NCBI GenBank assembly: GCA_965203295.1
Contig: CBDBCZ010000015.1
Coordinates: forward strand, 1,184,001 to 1,248,000
Direction: 5' to 3'
Length of the DNA: 64,000 nucleotides
Origin: Nitrospirales bacterium
Lineage (GTDB): Bacteria > Nitrospirota > Nitrospiria > Nitrospirales > UBA8639
The notes below the pieces were generated by a model. That model made no database searches, was not told the origin of the DNA, and saw only the letters and a list, made by a program, of their open reading frames with translations. The position numbers and the translations under genes were made by a program. How positions within the stretch are numbered: position 1 is the first letter of the stretch; every line of letters starts with the position of its first letter. Positions 10,101 to 22,100 of the stretch are shown here, piece by piece.

Positions 10101-13100
10101 AAAGGCTTGTTTAGTTTAAATGATGTTAGTCGGATACAATACATGCTTAGAAAGTATCGATGTTCAAGAAAGGAACTGGTTATTCAAAGGCTTGTTTAGT
10201 TTGCTTGATGTTAGTCTGCAGATTAGGAAAGAAGGATTTTATAGAAAATCGTTAGTTTTGTTAGTCTCTAGCAAAGACTTTGAGCCAAAGTAACTAGCTA
10301 CCATTGATCTGACCCTTCCCAACTGTTTAGAAAAAGAACTGGTTATTCCAAGGCTTGTTTAGTTTAAATGATGTTAGTCGGATACAATACATGCTTAGAA
10401 AGTATCGATGTTCAAGAAAGGAACTGGTTATTCAAAGGCCGGTTTAGTTTGGTTGATGTTAGTCTGAAGATTAGGAAAGAAGAATTTTACTCAAAAATTG
10501 TTATTTTTTTCGTCTCTGGCAAAGACTTTAAGCCAAAGTAACTAGCTACCATTGATCTGACCCTTCCCAACTGTTTAGGAAACGAACTGGTTATTCAAAG
10601 GCTAGTTTAGTTTGAATGATGTTAGTCAAATACAATGCATCCTTAGGAAGTATCGATGTTCAAGAAAGGAACTGGTTATTCAAAGGCTTGTTTAGTTTTG
10701 TTGATGTTAGTCTGCAGATTAGAAAAGAAGGATTTTATTTAAAATTGTTAGTTTTGTTGGTCTCTAGCAAAGACTTTAAGCCAAAGTAACTAGCTACCAT
10801 TGATTAGGAAAGAAGGATTTTATTGAAAATTGTTAGTTTTGTTGGTCTCTAGCAAAGACTTTAAGCCAAAGTAACTAGCTACCATTGATCTGACCCTTCC
10901 CAACTGTTTAGGAAAAGAACTTGTTATTCAAAGGCTTGTTTAGTTTGAATGATGTTAGTCTGAAGATTAGGAAAGAAGGATTTTATTGAAAATTGTTAGT
11001 TTTGTTGGTCTCTAGCAAAGACTTTAAGCAAAAGTAACTAGCTACCATTTATCTGACCCTTCCGAACTGTTTAGAAAAAGAACTGGTTATTCAAAGGCCT
11101 GTTTAGTTTTGTTGACGTTAGCCTGAAGATTAGGAAAGAAGGATTTTATTGAAAATTGTTAGTTTTGTTGGTCTCTAGCAAAGACTTTAAGCCAAAGTCA
11201 CTAGCTACCATTGATCTGACCCTTCCCAACTGTTTAGAAATAGAGCTGGTTATTCAATGGCTTGTTTAGTTTAAATGATGTTAGTTGGATACAATACATG
11301 CCTAGGAAGTATTGATGTTCAAGAAAGGCACTTGTTATTCAAAGGCTTGTTTAGTTTGGTTGATGTTAGTCTGAAGATTAGGAAAGAAGGATTTATTTAA
11401 AATTGCTAGTTTTGTCGGTCTCTAGCAAAGACTTTAAGCCAAAGTAACAAGCTACCATTGATCTGACCCTTCCCAACTGTTTAGAAAAAGAGCTGGTTAT
11501 TCAAAGGCTTGTTTAGTTATAATGATGTTAGTCAAATACAATAATCCTTAGGAAGTATCGATGTTCAAGAAAGGAACTGGTTATTCAAAGGCTTGTTTAG
11601 TTTGCTTGATGTTAGTCTGAAGATTAGGAAAGAAGGATTTTATAGAAAATCGTTAGTTTTGTTAGTCTCTAGCAAAGACTTTGAGCGAAAGTAACTAGCT
11701 ACCATTGATCTGACCCTTCCCAACTGTTTAGAAAAAGAACTGGTTATTCAAAGGCTTGTTTAGTTTTAATGATATTAGTCAGATACAATACATGCTTAGA
11801 AAGTATCGATGTTCAAGAAAGGAACTGGTTATTCAAATGCTTGTTTAGTTTGGTTAATGTTAGTCTGAAGATAAGGAAAGAAGGATTTTATTGAAAATTG
11901 TTAGTTTTGTTGGTCTCAGGCAAAGACTTTCAGCCAAAGTAACTGACTACCATTGATCTGACCCTTCCCAACTGTTTAGGAAAACAACTGGTTATTCAAA
12001 GGCTTGTTTAGTTTGAATGATGTTAGTTAAATACAATACATGCCTAAGAAGTATCGATGTTCAAGAAAGGAACTTGTTATTCAAAGGCTTGTTTAGTTTG
12101 GTTGATGTTAGTCTGAAGATTAGGAAGGAAGGATTTTATTGAAAATTGTTAGTTTTGTTTGTTTCTGGCAAAGACTTTAAGCCAAAGTAACAAGCTATTA
12201 TTGATCTTACCCTTCCCAACTGTTTAGGAAAAGAATTGGTTATGCAAAGGCTTGTTTAGTTTGAATGATGTTAGTCAGATACAATACATGCTTAGGAAGT
12301 ATCGATGCTCAAGAAAGGAACTGGTTATTCAAAGGCTTGTTTAGTTTGCTTGATATTAGTCTGCAGATTAGGAAAGAAGTATTTTATAGAAAATCGTTAG
12401 TTTTGTTGGTCTCTAGCAAAGACTTTAAGCCAAAGTAACTAGCTACCATGGATTAGGAAAGAAGGATTTTATTGAAAATTGTTAGTTTTGTTGGTCTCTA
12501 GCAAAGACTTTAAGCCAAAGTAACTAGCTACCATTGATCTGACCCTTCCCAACTGTTTAGGAAAAGAACTTGTTATTCAAAAACTTGTTTAGTTTGAATG
12601 ATGTTAGTGAAATACAATACATCCTTAGAAAGTATCGATGTTCAAGAAAGGAACTGGTTATTCAAAGGCTTGTTTAGTTTAGTTGATGTTAGTCTGAAGA
12701 TTAGGAAAGGAGGATTTTTATTGAAAATTGTTAGTTTGTTTGTCTCAGGTAAAGACTTTCTGCCAAAGTATCTAGCTACCATTTATCTGACTCCTCCCAA
12801 CTGTCTTGGAAAAGAACTGGTTTATGATTCAATCATTTGTTTAGTTTAAATGATGTTTGTCAGGTACAATACATACATGCTTAGAAAGTAAGGGTTTTCA
12901 CTAATAATTGGTACAATTTTAGCTTTATTGGTCTCAGGAAACTTTCAGTCAAAACAACTAGCTACCATTGATCTGACCCTTCCCAACTGTCTAGGAAAGT
13001 AATTGGTTTAAGATTTAATAGCTTGTTTAGTTTGAATGATGTTAGTCGGATACAATACATGCTTAGGAAGTATCGATGTTCAAGACCGGAACTGGTTATT

Positions 13101-16100
13101 CAAAGGCTTGTTTAGTTTGGTTGATGTTAGTCTGAAGATTAGGAAAGAAGGATTTCAGTGAAAATTGTTAGATTTGTTTGTCTCTGGCAAAGACTTTAAT
13201 GCAAAGTTAGTAGCTACCATTGATCTGACCCTTCCCAACTGTTTAGAAAAAGAACTGGTTATTCAAAGGCTTGTTTAGTTTGAATGATGTTATTCAGATA
13301 CAATACACGCTTAGGAAGTATCGATGTTCAAGAAAGGAACTTGTTATTCAAGGGCTTGTTTAGTTTCGTTGATGTTAGTCTGAAGATTAGGAAAGAAGGA
13401 TTTTAATGAAAATTATTAGTTTTGTTGGTCTCTAGCAATGACTTTAAGCCAAAGTAACTAGCTACCTTTAATCTGACCCTTCCCAACTGTTTAGAAAAAG
13501 TGCTGGTTATTCAAAAGCTTGTTTAGTTTGAATGATGTTAGTCTGAAGATCAGGAAAGAAGGATTTTATTGAAAATTGTTAGTTTTGTTGGTCTCTAGCA
13601 AAGACTTTCAGCCAAAGTAATTAGCTACCTTTGATCAAACCCTTCCCAACTGTTTTGGAAGAGAACTGGTTATTCAAAGGCTTGTTTAGTTTGCTTGATG
13701 TTAGTCTGCAGATTAGGAAAGAAGTATTTTATAGAAAATCGTTATTTTTTTTGGTCTCTAGCAAAGACTTTTAGCCAAAGTAACTACCTACCATTCATCT
13801 GACCCTTCCCAACTGTTTAGGAAAAGAACTGGTTATTCAAAGGCTTGATTTGTTTTAATGATGATAGTCGGATACAATACATGTTTAGGAAGTATCGATG
13901 TTCAAGAAAGGAACTGGTTATTCAAAGGCTTGTTTAGTTTTGTTGATGTTAGTCAAATACAATACTTGCCTAGGAAGTATCGATGTTCAAGAAAGGAACT
14001 TGTTATTCAAGGGCTTGTTTAGTTTGGTTGATGTTAGTCTGAAGATTATGAAGGAAGGATTTATTGAAAATTGTTAGTTTTGTTGGTCTCAGGCAAAGAC
14101 TTTCAGCCAAAATAACTTGCTACCATTGATCTGACCCTTCCCAACTGTTTAGGAAAAGAACTTGTTATTCAAAGGCTTGTTTAGTTTGAATGATGTTAGT
14201 CAGATACAATACATGCTTAGGAAGTATCGATGTTCAAGAAAGGAACTGGTTATTCAAAGGCTTGTTTAGTTTGCTTGATGTTAGTCTGCAGATAAGGAAA
14301 GAAGTATTTTATAGAAAATCTTTAGTTTTGTTGGTCTCTAGCAAAGACTTTGAGCCAAAGTAACTAGCTACCATTAATATGACCCTTCCCAGCTGTTTAA
14401 GAAAAGAACTAGTTATTCAAAGGCTTGATTAGTTTTAATGATGTTAGTCGAATACAATACATGTTTAAGAAGTGTCGATGTTCAAGAAAGGAACTTGTTA
14501 TTCAAAGGCTTGTTTAGTTTGGTTTATGTTAGTCTGAAGATTAGGAAAGAAGTATTTTATTGAAAATTGTTAGTTTTGTTGGTCTCTAGCAAAGACTTTA
14601 AGCCAAAGTAACTAGCTACCATTTATCTGACCCTTCCCAACTGTTTAGAAAAAGAACTGGTTATTCAAAGGCCTGTTTTGTTTCGTTGATTTTAGCCTGA
14701 AGATTAAGAAAGTAGGATTTTATTTATAATTGTTAGTTTTGTTGGTCTCTTGCAAAGACTTTAAGCCAATGTAACTGGCTACCATTGATCTGATCCTTCC
14801 CAACTATTTAGAAAAAGAGCTGGTTATTTAAAGGCTTGTTTTGTTTGAATGATATTAGTCCGATACAATACATGCTTAGGAAGTATCAATGTTCAAGAAA
14901 GGAACTGGTTATTCAAAGGCTTGTTTAGTTTTGTTAATGTTAGTCTGAAGATTAGGAAAGAAGGATTTTATTGAAAATTGTTAGTTTTTTTGGTCTCAGG
15001 CAAATACTTTCAGCCAAAGTAACTGGCTACCATTGATCTGACCCTTCCCAACTATTTAGAAAAAGAACTTGTTATTCAAAGGCTTGCCTAGTTTGAATGA
15101 TGTTAGTCAGATACAATACATGCTTAGGAAGTATCGATGTTCAAGAAAGGAATTGGTTATTCAAATGCTTATTTAGTTTGCTTGATGTTAGTCTGCAGAT
15201 TATGAAAGAAGTATTTTATAGAAAATCGTTAGTTTTGTTGGTCTCTAGCAAAGACTTTGAGCCAAAGTAACTAGCTACCATTGATCTGACCCTTTCCAAC
15301 TGTTTAGGAAAAGAACAGGTTATTCAAAGGCTTGATTAGTTTTAATGATGTTAGTCGGACACAATTCATGTTTAGGAAGTGTCGATGTTCAAGAAAGGAA
15401 CTGGTTATTCAAAGGCTTGTTAAGTTTGGTTGATGTTAGTCTTAAGATTAGGAAAGAAGGATTTTATTGAAAATTGTTTGTTTTGTTTGTCTCAGGCAAA
15501 GACTTTCAGCCAAAGTAACTAGCTACCATTGATCTGACCCTTCCTAACTGTTTAGGAAACGAACTAGTTATTCAAAGAAGGCTTGTTTAGTTTGAATGAT
15601 GTTAGTCTGAAGATTAGGAAAGAAGGATTTTATTGAAAATTGTTAGTTTAGTTGGTCTCTAGCAAAGACTTTAAGCCAAAGTAACTAGCTACAATTTATC
15701 TGACCCTTTCCAACTGTTTAGAAAAAGAACTGGTTATTCAAAGGCCTGTTTAGTTTTGTTGATGTTAGCCTGAAGATTTGGAAAGAAGGATTTTAATGAA
15801 AATTGTTAGTTTTGTTGGTCTCTAGCAAAGACTTTAAGCCAAAGTAACTAGCTACCATTTATCTGACCCTTCCGAACTATTTAGAAAATGTGCTGGTTAT
15901 TTAAAGGCTTTTTTTGTTTTAATGATATTAGTCAGATTCAATACATGCTTAGGAAGTATCAATGTTCAAGAAAGGAACTGGTTATTCAAAGGCTTGTTTA
16001 GTTTGGTTGATGTTAGTTTGCAGATTAGGAAAGAAGGATAATATTTAAAATTGTTAGTTTTTTTGTCTCTAGCAAAGACTTTAAGCCAAAGTAACTGGCT

Positions 16101-19100
16101 ACCATTTATCTGACCCTTCCCAACTGTTTAGAAAAAGAGCTGGTTATTCAAAGGCCTGTTTAGTTTTGTTGATGTTAGCCTGAAGATTAGGAAAGAAGGA
16201 TTTTATTAAAAATTGTTAGTTTTGTTGGTCTCAGGCAAAGACTTTCAGCCAAAGTAACTGGCTACCATTGATCTGACCCTTCCCAACTGTTTAGGAAAAG
16301 AACTGGTTATTAAAAGGCTTGTTTAGTTTGAATGATGTTAGTCAGATACAATACATGCTTAGGAAGTATCGCTGTTCAAGAAAGGAACTGGTTATTCAAA
16401 GGCTTGATTAGTTTTAATGATGTTAGTCGGATACAATACATGTTTAGGAAGTGTCGATGTTCAAGAAAGGAACTGGTTATTCAAAGGCTTGTTTAGTTTG
16501 GTTGATGTTAGTCTGATTATTAGGAAAGAAGGATTTCATTGAAAATTGTTAGTTTTGTTGGTCTCAGGCAAAGACTTTCAGCCAAAGTAACTAGCTACCA
16601 TTGATCTGACCCTTCCTAACTGTTTAGGAAAAGAACTGGTTATTCAAAGGCTTGTTTAGTTTGAATGATGTTATTCTGAAGATTAGGAAAGAAGGATTTT
16701 ATTGAAATTGTTAGTTTTGTTGGTCTCTAGCAAAGACTTTAAGCCAAAGTAACTAGCTACCATTTATCTGACCCTTCCCAACTGTTTAGAAAATGAACTG
16801 GTTATTCAAAGGCCTGTTTAGTTTGAATGATGTTAGTCAGATACTCTACACTCTTAGGAAGTATCGATGTTCAAGAAAGGAACTGGTTATTCAAAGGCTT
16901 GTTTAGTTTGGTTGATGTTAGTCTGCAGATTAGGAAAGAAGTATTTTATAGAAAATCGTTAGTTTTGTTGGTCTCTAGGAAAGACTTTGAGCCAAAGTAA
17001 CTAGCTACCATTGATCTGACCCTTCCCAACTGTTTAGGAAAAGAACTTGTTATTCAAAGGCTTGTTTAGTTTAAATGATGTTAGTCAGATACAATACATG
17101 CTCAGGAAGTATCGATGTTCAAGAAAGGAACTGGTTATTCAAAGGCTTGTTTAGTGTGCTTGATGTTAGTCTGCAGATTAGGAAAGAAGTATTTTATATA
17201 AAATTGTTAGTTTTGTTGGTCTCTATAAAAGACTTTAAGCAAAAGTAACTAGCTACCATTTATCTGACCCTTCCGAACTGTTTAGAAAAAGAACTGGTTA
17301 TTCAAAGGCCTGTTTAGTTTTGTTGATGTTAGCCTGAAGATTAGGAAAGAAGGATTTTATCGAAATTTGTTAGTTTTGTTGGTCTCTAGCAAAGACTTTA
17401 AGCCAAAGTTACTAGCTACCATTGATCTTACCCTTCCGAACTATTTAGAAAATGAGCTGGTTATTCAAAGGCTTGTTTTGTTTGAATGATATTAGTCAGA
17501 TACAATACATGCTTAGGAAGTATCAATGTTCAAGAAAGGAACTGGTTATTCAAAGGCTTGTTTAGTTTGCTTGATGTTAGTCTGCAGATTAGGAAAGAAG
17601 TATTTTATAGAAAATCGTTATTTTTTTTGGTCTCTAGGAAAGACTTTGAGCCAAAGTAACTAGCTACCATTGATCTGACCATTTCCAACTGTTTAGGAAA
17701 AGAACTGGTTATTCAAAGGCTTGTTTAGTTTGAATGATGTTAGTCTGAAGATTAGGAAAGAAGGATTTTATTGAAAATTGTTAGTTTTTTTTATCTCTAG
17801 CAAAGACTTTAAGCCAAAGTAACTAGCTACCATTTATATGACCCTTCCGAACTGTTTAGAAAAAGAACTGGTTATTCAAAGGCCTTTTTAGTTTTGTTGA
17901 CGTTAGCCTGAAGATTAGGAAAGAAGGATTTTATTGAAAATTGTTAGTTTTGTTGATCTCTAGCAAAGACTTTAAGCCAAAGTCACTAGCTACCATTGAT
18001 CTGACCCTTCCCAACTGTTTAGAAAAAGAGCTGGTTATTCAAAGGCTTATTTTGTTGGAATGATACTAGTCAGATACAATACATGCTTAGGAAATATCAA
18101 TGCTCAAGAAAGGAACTGGTTATTCAAAGGCTTGTTTAGTTTGGTTGATGTTAGTCTGAAGATTAGGAAAAAAGGATTTTTTAGAAAATGGTTAGTTTTG
18201 TTGGTCTCAGGCAAAGACTTTAAGCCAAAGTAACTGGCTACCATTGATCTGACCCTTCCCAACTGTTTTGGAAAAGAACTGGTTATTCAAAGGCTTATTT
18301 AGTTTTAATGATGTTAGTCAGATACAATACATGCTCAGGAAGTATCGATGTTCAAGAAAGGAACTGGTTATTCAAAGGCTTGTTTAGTTTGCTTGATGTT
18401 AGTCTGCAGATTAGGAAAGAAGTATTTTATATAAAATTGTTAGTTTTGTTGGTCTATATAAAAGACTTTAAGCAAAAGTAACTAGCTACCATTTATCTGA
18501 CCCTTCCGAACTGTTTAGAAAAAGAACTGGTTATTCAAAGGCCTGTTTAGTTTTGTTGATGTTAGCCTGAAGATTAGGAAAGAAGGATTTTATTGAAAAT
18601 TGTTAGTTTTGTTGGTCTCTAGCAAAGACTTTAAGCCAAAGTTACTAGCTACCATTGATCTGACCCTTCCGAACTATTTAGAAAATGAGCTGGTTATCCA
18701 AAGGCTTGTTTAGTTTGAGTGATATTAGTCAGATACAATACATGCTTAGGGAGTATCAATGTTCAAGAAAGGAACTGGTTATTCAAAGGCTTGTTTAGTT
18801 TGCTTGATGTTAGTCTGCAGATTAGGAAAGAAGTATTTTATAGAGAATCGTTATTTTTTTTGGTTTCAAGGAGAGACTTTGAGCCAAAGTAACTAGCTAC
18901 CATTGATCTGACCATTCCCAACTGTTTAGGAAAAGAACTGGTTATTCAAAGGCTTGTTTAGTTTGAGTGATATTAGTCAGATACAATACATGCTTAGGGA
19001 GTATCAATGTTCAAGAAAGAAACTGGTTATTCAAAGGCTTGTTTAGTTTGCTTGATGTTAGTCTGCAGATTAGGAAAGAAGTATTTTATAGAGAATCGTT

Positions 19101-22100
19101 ATTTTTTTTGGTTTCAAGGAGAGACTTTGAGCCAAAGTAACTAGCTACCATTGATCTGACCATTCCCAACTGTTTAGGAAAAGAACTGGTTATTCAAAGG
19201 CTTGTTTAGTTTGAGTGGTGTTAGTCTGAAGATTAGGAAAGAAGGATTTTATTGAAAATTGTTAGTTTTTTTTTATCTCTAGCAAAGACTTTAAGACAAA
19301 GTAACTAGCTACCATTTATCTGACCCTTCCGAACTGTTTAGAAAAAGAACTGGTTATTCAAAGGCCTGTTTAGTTTTGTTGACGTTAGCCTGAAGATTAG
19401 GAAAGAAGGATTTTATTGAAAATTGTTAGTTTTGTTGATCTCTAGCAAAGACTTTAAGCCAAAGTCACTAGCTACCATTGATCTGACCCTTCCCAACTGT
19501 TTAGAAAAAGAGCTGGTTATTCAAAGGCTTATTTTGTTGGAATGATATTAGTCAGATACAATACATGCTTAGGAAATATCAATGCTCAAGAAAGGAACTG
19601 GTTATTCAAAGGCTTGTTTAGTTTGGTTGATGTTAGTCTGAAGATTAGGAAAGAAGGATTTTTAAGAAAATGGTTAGTTTTGTTGGTCTCAGGCAAAGAC
19701 TTTCAGCCAAAGTAACTTGCTACCATTGATCTGACCCTTTCCAACTGTTTTGGAAAAGAACTGGTTATTCAAAGGCTTATTTAGTTTTAATGATGTTAGT
19801 CATATACAATACACGCTTAGGAAGTATCGATGTTCAAGAAAAGAACTTGTTATTCAAAGGCTTATTTAGTTTGGTGGATGTTAGTCTGAAGATTAGGAAA
19901 GAAGGATTTTATTGAAAATTGTTAGTTTTGTTCATCTCAGGCAAAGACTTTCAGCCAATGTAAATGGCTACCATTGATCTGACCCTTCCCAACTGTTTAG
20001 GAAAAGAACCTGTTATTCAAAGGCTTGTTTAGTTTGAATGATGTTAGTCAGATACAATACATGCTTAGGAAGTATCGATGTTCAAGAAAGGAACTGGTTA
20101 TTCAAAGGCTTGTTTAGTTTAAATGATGTTGGTCGGATACAATACATGCTTAGGAAGTATCGATGTTCAAGAAAGGAACTTGTTATTCAAAGGCTTGTTT
20201 AGTTTGGTTGATGTTAGTATAAGATTAAGAAAGAAGGATTTATTTAAAATTGTTAGTTTTTTTGGCCTCTAGCAAAGACTTTAAGCCAAAGTAACAAGCA
20301 ACCATTGATCTGACCCTTCCCAACTGTTTAGGAAAAGAACTGATTATGCAAAGGCTTGTTTAGTTTGAATGATGTTAGTCAGATACAATACATGCTTAGG
20401 AAGTATCGATGTTCAAGAAAGGAACTGGTTATTCAAAGGCCGGTTTAGTTTGGTTGATGTTAGTCTGAAGATTAGGAAAGAAGAATTTTACTCAAAAATT
20501 GTTATTTTTTTGTCTCTGGCAAAGACTTTAAGCCAATGTAAGTAGCTACCATTGATCTGACCTTTCCCAACTGTTTAGGAAACGAACTGGTTATTCAAAG
20601 GCTTGTTTAGTTATAATGATGTTAGTCAGATACAATACATGCTTTGGAAGTATCTATGTTCAAGAAAGGAACTTGTTATTCAAAGGCGTGTTTAGTTCGG
20701 TTGATGTTAGTCTGAAGATTAGGAAAGAAGGATTTTATTGAAAATTGTTAGTTTTGTTGGTCTCAGGCAAAGACTTTCAGCCAAAGTAACTGGCTACCAT
20801 TGATCTGACCCTTCCCAAATGTTTAGGAAAAGAACCTGTTATTCAAAGGCTTGTTTTGTTTGAATGATGTTAGTCAGATATAATACATGCTTAGGAAGTA
20901 TCGATGTTCAAGAAAGGAACTGGTTATTCAAAGGCTTGTTTAGTTTGCTTGATGTTAGTCTGCAGATTAGGAAAGAAGTATTTTATAGAAAATCGTTAGT
21001 TTTGTTGGTCTCTAGCAAAGACTTTGAGCCAAAGTAACTAGCTACCATTGATCTGACCCTTCCCTGCTGTTTAGGAAAAGAACTGGTTATTCAAAGGCTT
21101 GTTTAGTTTAAATGATGTTAGTCGGATTCAATACATGCTTAGGAAGTATCAATGTTCAAGAAAGGAACTGGTTATTCAAAGGCTTGTTTAATTTGGTTGA
21201 TGTTAGTCTGAAGATTAGGAAAGAAGGATTTTATTGAAAATTGTTATTTTTTTGTCTCTAGCAAAGACTTTAAGCCGAAGTAACTAGCTACCATTGATCT
21301 GACCCTTCCCAACTGTTTAGAAAAAGAACTGGTTATTCAAAGGCTTGTTTAGTTTGAATGATGTTAGTCTGAAGATTAGGAAAGAAGGATTTTATTGAAA
21401 ATTGTTAGTTTTGTTGGTCTCTAGCAAAGACTTTAAGCCAAAGTAACTAGCTACCATTTATCTGACCCTTCCCAACTGTTTAGAAAAAGAACTGGTTATT
21501 CAAAGGCCTGTTTAGTTTCGTTGATTTTAGCCTGAAGATTAAGAAAGAAGGATTTTATTTATAATTGTTAATTTTGTTGGTCTCTTGCAAAGACTTTAAG
21601 CCAATGTAACTGGCTACCATTGATCTGATCCTTCCCAACTATTTAGAAAAAGAGCTGGTTATTTAAAGGCTTGTTTTGTTTGAATGATATTAGTCCGATA
21701 CAATACATGCTTAGGAAGTATCAATGTTCAAGAAAAGAACTGGTTATTCAAAGGCTTGTTTAGTTTTGTTGATGTTAGTCTGAAGATTAGGAAAGAAGGA
21801 TTTTATTGAAAATTGTTAGTTTTTTTGGTCTCAGGCAAATACTTTCAGCCAAAGTAACTGCCTACCATTGATCTGACCCTTCCCAACTATTTAGAAAAAG
21901 AACTTGTTATTCAAAGGCTTGCTTAGTTTGAATGATGTTAGTCAGATACAATACATGCTTAGGAAGTATCGATGTTCAAGAAAGGAATTGGTTATTCAAA
22001 TGCTTATTTAGTTTGCTTGATGTTAGTCTGCAGATTATGAAAGAAGTATTTTATAGAAAATCGTTAGTTTTGTTGGTCTCTAGCAGAGACTTTGAGCCAA

